From IMG/VR virus record IMGVR_UViG_3300026534_000035, positions 16,458 to 80,457 of that record: DNA of 64,000 nt; one strand, written 5' to 3'. The position numbers were made by a program, and so were the translations under genes. Below are positions 17,430 through 26,787 of the stretch, one piece after another. This DNA is from a virus. The notes below the pieces were generated by a model that saw only the letters and a list, made by a program, of their open reading frames with translations, did no database searches and was not told the DNA's origin. Each line of letters opens with the position of its first letter. Within the stretch, counting starts at the first letter, position 1.

Positions 17430-19427
17430 ATGGCAAGAAGCTTATTTGAACAACTACAGCAAGTTAGAGGTACTCGTACATTTTTCACAGATATGAAACG
17501 ACGCCTTGCTGAAACTGCTGGTAGACATTATTATACTGGCACGCTGACAGCCGTTTCTGGTTCTACTACAGTTACAGATCCTTCTAGTTTTGGAGTAGAC
17601 GAGGTCAATAACTTCGTTGTTATTGATAGTGGCGCTGCAGCCGGCACTTATAAAATTACTGCCGTGTCTGGAACTACTGCTACTATTAATCCTGCAGCTG
17701 CTGGGAGTGATTCAAGTGCGGCTTATAGGCGACACTACTTTCAAAACTTGGAAGATGATTTGAACTATATTAGATACATGATGGATCTTGTTGTAGGTGA
17801 GGATAGTTGGTATGATGAGCCTAATACCAACCTTAAAGATATGGCTTATCTTATCCCCAAACGTCCTAATTATGTAGGGGAGACTTCTCAGTATGCTATT
17901 AGGCCTGGTACTGTTTCATTCGCCATTGATGATATTGATCAGACTGGTAAAGTTAGTAGTGGTGCCCCTTCAACTGAATATACTGATAATACATCAAGTG
18001 TTTCGGCAGGTACATCTATTAGATTTACTGATGATAACACCATGGAAATCAGTATTTCTGGCGGTTTTTATCCCGCGGATGAAGGCACACTTTATATTTA
18101 TAGAGATTCTGCTGTTATAGGCCAGTTAGATCTGGCTTCTGCTTGGACTAGTGATGGTTGTTCTTACGAAGATTCTGAATCTGATGTAGGAACTAACCCA
18201 AATCACACAGCAGGAGGTACTGGTACTGACGTTATTAGTCTTACTAATAGACGTTGTATGAATACATCAGTTGATGGTTACTCTAGTTTTTGGCCAGCCT
18301 ATCAAATTGCTAGTATGAGTGCTACAGTGACTTTGCCAGCAGGATTCCAGGGACAAATCACCGTACAACATTCTGTCGGTGGTAGTCAGAATTATACTTA
18401 TGCTAGTTTCTGGGTAGATACAACAAGTCAGGCAATAACTGCTGCTGCTCCAACAGTTTCCTTGGCATCTGCGACTAATAAACATCTTAGCGGTGTTCCT
18501 TATTATACATCAAATACTACTTTCACTGTAACTGGTAATAATAGTGATACATTATTTGATCGTGGTTATGTTGATAATCCTATGACGTTGCATGTGGGAC
18601 AATTTAATGCGTCTGATGTAACTCCTACATTATCGCAGATTGGCTTTACTGAGCCATTGGCCATTACTGATACTATATCAGGACAGTCAGGTTATTCCGC
18701 TACTATTACTGTTGGTACGGGTAATTTTAGGGATATGGATGCTAGAGCCCAGGCCACTTACAGAAATGTGTTTGCGAGTGCTACCTCTGGTGACTCTGCT
18801 GCTGGAACATATAGAATTGATACATATGGAACAACTAGCACGAGCACAGTAGAGTATTTTGATGATGAAAATAAACGTTTTAAGGGTGATGAGAATTTTA
18901 ATAATACAAGTATTACTTGGACTGACAGCAACTGGAGTTCTTCTGATAATATTACTACATTAACAGAAAAAGGTCTGGTTGTTTATAATGGTACCTTAAA
19001 GTATCCTACAATTAATCATTCTACATTCTCCCCAGCCGGACCAGATTATTCAGGTCAGACAGGGGACTTTTATTATTACAGGGTGTTTATTGCTTCAGGC
19101 GTGTTTACTCAAGGTACTATAACTTTTGATGGTTGGAGTAATGCTCTTAATGTGATTCAAGGAAGTAACGTGCAGGTCCAATTAAGATATCCTAATTGCT
19201 CTGATTATGGTAATAACAATACAAGTGTTTGGCAAGATTTAAGTGTTGATCAGACGGTGTATGGAGGTAATGGGTGTCTTGGTTCTGGTTCGTCTGGATC
19301 TTCTGTTGCTTTTAGTTTTGGAACTACTAGCTCTAGTTCTTATGGTAATAGAGTTATCATGAGAATTAAATTCTCAGCTAGTTCGGTGACGGCATTGAAT
19401 TCTGTCACTTTTAGTCCTACATTGTAA
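17430..19427 (+). CDS. Putative virion structural protein (S/T/G-rich, beta)
   Basis: 665 aa. N-terminal MARSL..QL.Q.R and LE.DLN.IR motifs shared with the 23054 ORF. Confidence 0.65.
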   Translation: MARSLFEQLQQVRGTRTFFTDMKRRLAETAGRHYYTGTLTAVSGSTTVTDPSSFGVDEVNNFVVIDSGAAAGTYKITAVSGTTATINPAAAGSDSSAAYRRHYFQNLEDDLNYIRYMMDLVVGEDSWYDEPNTNLKDMAYLIPKRPNYVGETSQYAIRPGTVSFAIDDIDQTGKVSSGAPSTEYTDNTSSVSAGTSIRFTDDNTMEISISGGFYPADEGTLYIYRDSAVIGQLDLASAWTSDGCSYEDSESDVGTNPNHTAGGTGTDVISLTNRRCMNTSVDGYSSFWPAYQIASMSATVTLPAGFQGQITVQHSVGGSQNYTYASFWVDTTSQAITAAAPTVSLASATNKHLSGVPYYTSNTTFTVTGNNSDTLFDRGYVDNPMTLHVGQFNASDVTPTLSQIGFTEPLAITDTISGQSGYSATITVGTGNFRDMDARAQATYRNVFASATSGDSAAGTYRIDTYGTTSTSTVEYFDDENKRFKGDENFNNTSITWTDSNWSSSDNITTLTEKGLVVYNGTLKYPTINHSTFSPAGPDYSGQTGDFYYYRVFIASGVFTQGTITFDGWSNALNVIQGSNVQVQLRYPNCSDYGNNNTSVWQDLSVDQTVYGGNGCLGSGSSGSSVAFSFGTTSSSSYGNRVIMRIKFSASSVTALNSVTFSPTL

Positions 19428-19454
19428 ACTTATAAGAAAGGAGAAATCTAAATT

Positions 19455-22400
19455 ATGGCGTTTAATGATACTTATAGAGAAAGCATTCAAAGTAAGCATC
19501 TTAGCAATGTAGGATTTACTTCAACTGCCAAAGGCGTTACTAATGAGGCATTTGCTCTTAAGAACCCACATCAGGTTTTAGCTAGTCAAGTTCCAGTAAC
19601 TGATGTAGTTTCTGATTATGGGCCACTTACTGCTAGTGGTATTGCTGCTGGTAAAGTTGAAGAGCACATTGTAAAGCTAACAGCAGATCCTACAGTTAAT
19701 AGTAATAAAGCGTGGATTGCTTACGAAGATAATTGTCAAACAGCAGGACATTCGTCTAGAGGTCATGTAAGATTAGACCAATGGATGAGATATGCTGAGA
19801 CACAGTATAAACTACGATTATTTGAGGATAATGGTACAGGTACTGGTTACGATTCCAATAAAGAAATTTTACCTTCAGAAACATCTTTCAATTGGGAATA
19901 TGACCAGTCTGCTGGTGTTGTATATTTTGACGCGGACCCCTCTGCCAATGGTAAAACTCTTCCATTGTGGGGCGTTTTTTATAAATATACTGGTGATATG
20001 GTTTCGGATTCACTTGCGTCAATTAGTGGAACCGTTGGCGCCCATAATCATGATGATAGATACTACACTAAGACTCAACTTGACAATGGTCAATTAGATA
20101 ATCGTTATTATACAGAAACAGAGATAGATAGTATGCTGACTACTACCTCTGGTTATTTACAAAGTGAAATTGATAATACGTATACTCAGTCTGAGGTTGA
20201 TAGTTTAATTAGTACTACTTCTGGATCGTTGCAGAATGATATTGTTTGGGAACAAACCTGGAGTGGCGTAATTCAGCCCAAGGCTGGTAAATATTTAGGT
20301 TCACCTATTTATACTACGGGTGATGTAACAATTGGCGGAAATTTAACTGTTACTGGTACACAGTTTATTTCTAATACTGAGACAGTTCAAATTGAAGACA
20401 ATTTATTAGTAATTAATTCTGGAGAAACCGGCGCAGGCGTAACCGAAGGTCAAGCTGGTATTCAAGTAGATCGCGGGACTGCTCCTGATTATTTCTTCTT
20501 ATATGATGAGAATCAAGATAACTTTAGGGTTGGGGTTTCTGGTACTCTTCAGGCTGTTGCTACACGAGAAGACTCTCCAGATAGTAACAGGGTTCCTTGG
20601 TGGGATGGTACTAATTATAGATTTGATACACATGGAACCTCTTATATAACGATTGATACTACAGCTGATTCTATTAGTGCTTATGCTGGTTCTACAAAGC
20701 TTATGGGGGTAGCTTCTTCCTCACAGAGTTTTGGTGATACAGCTGCTGATGGTACCAATATAGTTGTAAGTCAAAGTAATGAGACCGTTGTAATAACTGC
20801 ATCTGGTGTAACAGAAGCTACTTTTGGTACTAATGGTATGAGTTTGAGCTCAGGTGCGTCTGTAACTGATATTACTACAGTGATGGCCACACCTGGTGAT
20901 GACGATACGTTAGTTACTGAAAAAGCTATTTATACATATGTAGATTCAGTTTCGGGTACTTTGAGCCAAAGTACTACTAATCTTGATATATATAGATCTT
21001 TTACAGATGGTACTTCTACATCTGATGCATCCGGTAATACTGATACATTTACATTTGCAGGTACTGGTGGTACTACCGTAACTATTGATTCAGCTACGGA
21101 TAAATTGACTATTGATTCTTTCGACACATTCTTAGATCTTACTGACACACCTGGTGCTTACACAGCTAATAATACTCTTTATATGACAGCTGCTGGAATT
21201 GCCAGTAATTCGTCTGTAACGTTTGATCCAAGTAATAGTGAATTTAATGTAGGCGGTGTTTTTAGTTTATCGGCTGGTACTACTGTAAATGAAATAGTTT
21301 CAAGTGTTGATAGTAATTCTACTGATGATCAATTGCCCACAGCTGGTAGTGTGTTTAGTTTAGTAAATTCAGTTTCTGGTACACTAAGTAGTGCTACTAC
21401 CGCTTTAGATTTTTATAAGTACATAACGGATGGCGCTAATACTGCTGAGGCATCCGGGAATGATGATACACTTACTTTTGCTGCTACTGGTGGGGCATCA
21501 GTTACAGTTACACCTGGAACTGACACTATTACTATCGATGCTTTTGATACATTCTTGGAATTGACAGATACTCCAAGTGGCTATACAGCTAATAATATGC
21601 TCTATATGACGGCTACTGCTGTTGCTGATACCTCTGCTATGACATTTAATCCTACAACTAGTGGTGTAACGTTTGCTCACGATGTTAGTGTTGAGGGTTA
21701 TTTATCATTAGCTAGTGGAACTTCCGTTAATGAAATTGCAACTTCTATTGGCAGTAATACTAATGATCAGCTGATTACGGCCAAGGCGGTTGAAGATTAT
21801 GTAGATGGCCAGATGAATTTGGTAGATGCATATAAATATGTAACCAATGGTACTACAACAACTACAGCTTCAGGTCTAGATACACTTACTATAAATGGTA
21901 GTAACGGTGTGTCTATTACAGTAGATTCCTCTACAGATACAGTTAGTGTGGTTGGGCCTTCGCAGCCAGTGGCTTACGAGGCTGAACTTACTTATAACGC
22001 CTCCGGTGGTTATTGGGCATACAATGGCGGTTTTGCTTCAGTGCCTAGTGATTTAGAAGTGTTCTTAAACGGTGTAAAAAATAAGAACGATTCCGATTAT
22101 TATACAGCCGCTGTTGTTGGTGGCGAGTTAAGAATCACCTTTGCCTTTGATACCTATGCGGAAGATTGGGCTAATATAACTTATGGTACTGTTTGGAATG
22201 GAGCTACTTGGTCTAGTATAACATCTAATGCTAATGTTTCATCTGGACAAAGAATTATTGTTGATACTTCTGGCGGAACTGCTTACACATTAACATTGCC
22301 TGGAAGTCCTACAATGGGAGATGAAATTCATTTCTTAGATGGTGGGTATAATTGTGGTACAGTTAATGTAACACTTGCTAGAAATGGTAATAATATAATG

Positions 22401-22490
22401 GGCTTGTCCCAGGATATGACTATTGATACAGACGGCGCAGCATTTAAACTAGTGTATTATAATGCAAGTCGTGGTTGGGTTATTTTCTAA
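19455..22490 (+). CDS. Large fibre-like virion protein
   Basis: HNHDDRYY repeats, internal duplicated TFL.LTDTP..Y modules, C-terminal TLP.SP.MG...GW module like T4 proximal fibre domains. Confidence 0.7.
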   Translation: MAFNDTYRESIQSKHLSNVGFTSTAKGVTNEAFALKNPHQVLASQVPVTDVVSDYGPLTASGIAAGKVEEHIVKLTADPTVNSNKAWIAYEDNCQTAGHSSRGHVRLDQWMRYAETQYKLRLFEDNGTGTGYDSNKEILPSETSFNWEYDQSAGVVYFDADPSANGKTLPLWGVFYKYTGDMVSDSLASISGTVGAHNHDDRYYTKTQLDNGQLDNRYYTETEIDSMLTTTSGYLQSEIDNTYTQSEVDSLISTTSGSLQNDIVWEQTWSGVIQPKAGKYLGSPIYTTGDVTIGGNLTVTGTQFISNTETVQIEDNLLVINSGETGAGVTEGQAGIQVDRGTAPDYFFLYDENQDNFRVGVSGTLQAVATREDSPDSNRVPWWDGTNYRFDTHGTSYITIDTTADSISAYAGSTKLMGVASSSQSFGDTAADGTNIVVSQSNETVVITASGVTEATFGTNGMSLSSGASVTDITTVMATPGDDDTLVTEKAIYTYVDSVSGTLSQSTTNLDIYRSFTDGTSTSDASGNTDTFTFAGTGGTTVTIDSATDKLTIDSFDTFLDLTDTPGAYTANNTLYMTAAGIASNSSVTFDPSNSEFNVGGVFSLSAGTTVNEIVSSVDSNSTDDQLPTAGSVFSLVNSVSGTLSSATTALDFYKYITDGANTAEASGNDDTLTFAATGGASVTVTPGTDTITIDAFDTFLELTDTPSGYTANNMLYMTATAVADTSAMTFNPTTSGVTFAHDVSVEGYLSLASGTSVNEIATSIGSNTNDQLITAKAVEDYVDGQMNLVDAYKYVTNGTTTTTASGLDTLTINGSNGVSITVDSSTDTVSVVGPSQPVAYEAELTYNASGGYWAYNGGFASVPSDLEVFLNGVKNKNDSDYYTAAVVGGELRITFAFDTYAEDWANITYGTVWNGATWSSITSNANVSSGQRIIVDTSGGTAYTLTLPGSPTMGDEIHFLDGGYNCGTVNVTLARNGNNIMGLSQDMTIDTDGAAFKLVYYNASRGWVIF

Positions 22491-22562
22491 TACCCCGTAA
22501 TTATGTTTTAACCTATGTTTTAAAGGAAAAGTTAATGATTATTTAGAAAAGGAGAAGTTATT

Positions 22563-23024
22563 ATGAATGGTTATGTACAAAATAAATCACCTATGTGGGC
22601 TCACGCTATGAAAAGAACCATAGGCCCTGGTAGAAAGATACCTTTAGATGAACTGTATGAACAATATGGGAAGAAATATTCTTTGACACCTGGAGATGAA
22701 TTCGTAGCGTGGCTCAAGAGTGTGAAACTTAAAGATACTAATAAATGGGAAGTAGTTTTATTGCCAGATAATGCTGAAATGGAAGAAGAAGTTGTTGTTT
22801 CTAAAGAAAAAGACGATAAAAGTTTAGGCAGGGTTGATGATATGGATGCCTTGGATATTGTTGATCTTACTGTTAGAAAGGCTAGAGAACTAATTCCTGT
22901 TTGTACTAATAAAAAATTACTTAAATTAGCTTTAAATGAGGCTAATAGTAGAGCACATAAAGATAGTTTATGTAGAATTTTGAGAAAACGAATTCAAGAA
23001 TTAGATAGTATGGTTAGAAGTTAA
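22563..23024 (+). CDS. Hypothetical protein
   Basis: SD AAGGAG; 153 aa. Confidence 0.7.
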   Translation: MNGYVQNKSPMWAHAMKRTIGPGRKIPLDELYEQYGKKYSLTPGDEFVAWLKSVKLKDTNKWEVVLLPDNAEMEEEVVVSKEKDDKSLGRVDDMDALDIVDLTVRKARELIPVCTNKKLLKLALNEANSRAHKDSLCRILRKRIQELDSMVRS

Positions 23025-23053
23025 ATACATAATAGTTAGGGGGAAAATAAAAC

Positions 23054-24355
23054 ATGGCTAGAAGTTTACTCAGACAGCTAGAACAAATTAGGCGTTCGAT
23101 GACATATGATGACGCGGTTTCTAATGTAAATTCTTCTAGTGTTGCAGAACCCACTGTATCAGGTTCCCTAGAGGCTGATTTGAATGTAATCAGAACTCTC
23201 GTCAAAGACGCTAAGGGTACTACCAACTGGTTTGATTCTTTAGGTAAGTATTTTGATCCTAGTAATACTGATGCCAGTAATACAAATAATAAGGAGTTGA
23301 ATTTATCTAATTTATCTGGTAATACACTAGATGCAAAAACTATAATTCTTCCAGTACGAGAAGATAACTCTGGGAATGGTTTTGCTGTAACTAGTGCTAG
23401 TACTGGGTTTCTATTTACTACTACGGCTCCATATGCTACTCCTGCCGACAGACGTGGTTTACCTATTTTTGCAAGTACTGCAAACAATGGGTCTTATTAC
23501 GATGAGGGTGGCTCGGATCGTGTTTGTATGATAGATGTTATAGATATGAATACTGGTTCTCAGATTAAAACCAATGCAGGTGACACTATCTATGCTAAGT
23601 TTCATGATGGTGCTGACTTTGCTGGTTCTGGCGCTGGAAATGATGTTTATGTTCGTTTTTACGCCAATAATAGTGCTACAGATTTAAGCACAGTGTCGGG
23701 TACCACTCCTTCTCATATTCAGATTGTGTATCCTAGAAGAAAAGTTTTATCAGATATGGAAGAATATGATTGGGCACGTACAGATTTCATTAATTCTTGG
23801 GAAGGTGATGTAGAATTAATGGAAGATATTTATAACTTGTGGAGTTATACTGGTGCTACTGATAATGATGGCAGTCCTTTGCCATGGAGTAATGACACAG
23901 CTAGTTACATACTATCATCTAATCCAAGTGACTTGAAGTCCGCAGTTGATGCGCTTAATGATGGTATTGGGAGTAGATTATATTCCCAGGATAATTATAT
24001 CAGCGATGGTCAAACTATTACAGCTTCTTTAGATGCTATTGATCAAGAACTTAAAACTTTAAGTGATAGTATTACTGCAAGTTCAGCTGATAAATATGTG
24101 GAAACACTTAGTTCAAGTATTACTAAGAATGTAGCACATACGTTACCTGGTAGTATTAGTTATACTCCTGATTCTACATCCGGAGCTGAAGGCAAAAATA
24201 TGGATGTATATGTAGATGGTCAGTTGCTCGCTGCTTCTACGGGTACTAATGGTGCCAATGGAGACAGAGATTATTCTGAAACTAGTAGTACAAGTATTAC
24301 TTTTATGTTTGATGTACAGGCTGGAAGAAACATAACATATGTAATAAGGCAATAA
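23054..24355 (+). CDS. Putative virion structural protein
   Basis: S/T/D-rich; N-terminus paralogous to the 17430 ORF; C-terminal VYVDGQLL...DYSE module. Confidence 0.65.
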   Translation: MARSLLRQLEQIRRSMTYDDAVSNVNSSSVAEPTVSGSLEADLNVIRTLVKDAKGTTNWFDSLGKYFDPSNTDASNTNNKELNLSNLSGNTLDAKTIILPVREDNSGNGFAVTSASTGFLFTTTAPYATPADRRGLPIFASTANNGSYYDEGGSDRVCMIDVIDMNTGSQIKTNAGDTIYAKFHDGADFAGSGAGNDVYVRFYANNSATDLSTVSGTTPSHIQIVYPRRKVLSDMEEYDWARTDFINSWEGDVELMEDIYNLWSYTGATDNDGSPLPWSNDTASYILSSNPSDLKSAVDALNDGIGSRLYSQDNYISDGQTITASLDAIDQELKTLSDSITASSADKYVETLSSSITKNVAHTLPGSISYTPDSTSGAEGKNMDVYVDGQLLAASTGTNGANGDRDYSETSSTSITFMFDVQAGRNITYVIRQ

Positions 24356-24369
24356 GAAATAAAAAATAA

Positions 24370-24398
24370 CAGTGGCTCGATTATTTATCGGGCCACTG
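24370..24398 (+). terminator. GC-rich stem-loop
   Basis: CAGTGGCTCGAT/ATCGGGCCACTG; A-tract upstream, no clear U-tract. Confidence 0.5.
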
Positions 24399-24430
24399 AA
24401 GAATTTGGGTTTAAAGGGGGAAGTTTAAAT

Positions 24431-24784
24431 ATGCAAGTTCAAAGTCCTAATAGAGAAGAAGATACTAAATTAAGGAATATTTTATTTAAGGCCGAGGATA
24501 AGAAACTTATAAGTAAGGAAGAAGTTGGTTTTATTTCAGCTTTGGTAAAAAGATATAATGCTGAGATTGAACGAAAGATAAAACAGCTTTATACCCTTCA
24601 AGGGGAAATAGCACAATTAAAAACTAATGAATTGATTATAGTAAATATGTTAGAAAATGTTATAGCAGCTGCTGAAAGAGATGAAGCTAGACGGGAAACC
24701 ATGAAGCGTATAAGAGGGGAAGGTCAGGAAACGGCAGCCGCTGAAAAACAGGAGTCAAGTGTAGAACCGACACATAGCGATTAA
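24431..24784 (+). CDS. Coiled-coil hypothetical protein (possible fibre chaperone)
   Basis: Heptad pattern; position among fibre genes. Confidence 0.65.
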   Translation: MQVQSPNREEDTKLRNILFKAEDKKLISKEEVGFISALVKRYNAEIERKIKQLYTLQGEIAQLKTNELIIVNMLENVIAAAERDEARRETMKRIRGEGQETAAAEKQESSVEPTHSD

Positions 24785-24818
24785 ATAAAATACTTTTATA
24801 TTGATAGAGGTAAATTTG

Positions 24819-24923
24819 ATGACCAGAACGTACTATTTTAAAAACTCTGATAAAAATAGTCCACTCCTAAAGGAGTATTCTGGTCATTTGTATTTTGTGA
24901 GTATACAAAATAGGAGACGGTAA
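24819..24923 (+). CDS. Possible 34-aa small ORF overlapping a structured leader
   Basis: SD AGAGGT at 24806-24811, then ATG ACC AGA...CGG TAA. Below the track size cut-off. Confidence 0.35.
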   Translation: MTRTYYFKNSDKNSPLLKEYSGHLYFVSIQNRRR

Positions 24924-24928
24924 TTTAC

Positions 24929-25693
24929 ATGATTGTTTTAAGGAAACTAGGTGGGAAAGGAATAACGTCAGTAGTTGTAGCTGATCCTTTGTCTGGTTTA
25001 AAGGATGGAAGTAATCAGGTATTTAATACTACTACTAATTACATTAAAGATAAGATTACTATATTTTTTAATGGACAAGCTCTTCATAGTCCGAGTGATT
25101 TTATTCAAAGCGGACCAAAAGAAATAACTTTTATACATGTATTTCCCACCAGTGATTCAGAACTTAGAGCAATTTATGAAGTAGAAGGAAGCTCATTTAA
25201 TATTGATCATGGAGCATTAAGTGGTTTATTAGATGATGATCATCCACAGTATTTAAATACTGTTAGAGGTGATAGTCGGTATTATACCAAATCAGAGATA
25301 AATACTTTATCAGGTACTCTCTATGATGCTATATTAAATCATCACGATGAGTTTATAGGTTTATTGGATACCCCGACCACTTATAGTGGTCATGAAGGTA
25401 AGTATGTTAAAGTTAGAAATGATGGTTCTGGGTTAGAGTTTTCTGAAATAAAGGACGAATTAAATGGAAAAGAGTCATTAGTAAGTGGTGCGACTTCTTT
25501 GTTTGTGCCTTTTTCTAATGTACTTAGTTCTTCGAATTATACTACTACAGTGTCTTTAGAAAACACTATTGATGCAGAACCTTCGATTTACTCTACACTA
25601 GTTTCTAACACAACTGTAAGTGGTTTTACTGTTTTATTTTCTGGTGATATGGATTCACCTAATTATAAACTAAATTGGATAGTTAAAATATGA
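24929..25693 (+). CDS. Modular fibre/decoration protein
   Basis: DG.N.VF..IFFNGQ module, DHG.L.GL.DDDHPQY repeat, DTPTTYSG module, C-terminal GFTVLFSG domain (H-lectin-like). Confidence 0.7.
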   Translation: MIVLRKLGGKGITSVVVADPLSGLKDGSNQVFNTTTNYIKDKITIFFNGQALHSPSDFIQSGPKEITFIHVFPTSDSELRAIYEVEGSSFNIDHGALSGLLDDDHPQYLNTVRGDSRYYTKSEINTLSGTLYDAILNHHDEFIGLLDTPTTYSGHEGKYVKVRNDGSGLEFSEIKDELNGKESLVSGATSLFVPFSNVLSSSNYTTTVSLENTIDAEPSIYSTLVSNTTVSGFTVLFSGDMDSPNYKLNWIVKI

Positions 25694-25709
25694 GGAGGGT
25701 ATTTAATAA

Positions 25710-26765
25710 ATGGCTAAATTTCAAAGCAAACATTTAAAACTAAAAGACAACCAACGAGTTTATTTTGGCACTGGTGACGATGTTAGTTTGTATTATGATG
25801 GCACTGATTTTCTGTCAGACGCCCCTATAGTTGGAGAAAAAGCTACTAAAAACACACATTTAGTTCGTTATGACCAACTATTGACTACTTCTGGAACATT
25901 ACAGGATCAAATCACAGCGTTGTCTATATTAGATTGGCAGGAATCGGTTGAATCTCGTTCAGCTACTCCGCCTGCTACTCCTGCTCAAGGGCAAAGGTTT
26001 TTAGTAATACCAACAGCTACTGGCGCCTGGGCGGGACATGAAGACGATATAGCTGAATATAATGGTAGTTCTTGGGATTTTGTAACTCCTACAGCAGGCA
26101 CTGCCGTATATGTGGAAGATGAACAACTTCTATATTTGTATGATGGTTCACAGTGGGGGCCTATGGGAATGTCTATGTCCCATAGTGACTTGCAAGATTT
26201 AGGAAATGATGATCATACTCAATACATTAGAGTAGATGGAACTAGAGCTTTTACAAGCACCGTTGGTGGCGTTGATCCTATAGCATCTAGTGATTTAACT
26301 ACTAAAAACTATGTAGATAATGAGATTGCTACTTTAAGTGGTTCCTTAGTCAATGACATGATCACTGACCATGGTGATTTAACTGGATTAGGAGATGATG
26401 ATCATCCACAGTATGTGAGAGTGGATGGAACCAGAGGTTTTACGGCTACCGTTAGTGGTGTTGATCCAGTGCAGCCTACTGATCTAGCTACCAAAGAATA
26501 TGTTGATCAACAGGTCGGCGGAGGAATTAAAACTGGTAGAGAAACTTTAGCTACTAATGACAGTAGTAAGTCAGTAACCTTTGCTAGTGCTTACGCAGAT
26601 ACTAATTATACTATTAGTGTTATGATGAATAACACGGTGGACGCTAATCCAGCTATTTATCCGACAATTATTTCTGCTAAGGCAACTACTGGGTTTACAG
26701 TTTTATTTTCTGGTGATATTGATTCTACTAATTATCAACTTGAATGGATTTGTGTGCACGACTAA
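25710..26765 (+). CDS. Modular fibre protein with DUF2793-like domain
   Basis: PP..P.QG.R.LV...ATGAWAGHE..IA.Y....W.F..P; two DDH.QY repeats; C-terminal domain paralogous to the 24929 ORF. Confidence 0.7.
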   Translation: MAKFQSKHLKLKDNQRVYFGTGDDVSLYYDGTDFLSDAPIVGEKATKNTHLVRYDQLLTTSGTLQDQITALSILDWQESVESRSATPPATPAQGQRFLVIPTATGAWAGHEDDIAEYNGSSWDFVTPTAGTAVYVEDEQLLYLYDGSQWGPMGMSMSHSDLQDLGNDDHTQYIRVDGTRAFTSTVGGVDPIASSDLTTKNYVDNEIATLSGSLVNDMITDHGDLTGLGDDDHPQYVRVDGTRGFTATVSGVDPVQPTDLATKEYVDQQVGGGIKTGRETLATNDSSKSVTFASAYADTNYTISVMMNNTVDANPAIYPTIISAKATTGFTVLFSGDIDSTNYQLEWICVHD

Positions 26766-26787
26766 ATAAACTTAATGGCGGAAAACA

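Noticed and set aside
23014-23487. 157-aa antisense ORF, and similar ones at 12844, 33874 and 37396
   Set aside because: Each overlaps a well-supported + strand gene and has no independent signals.
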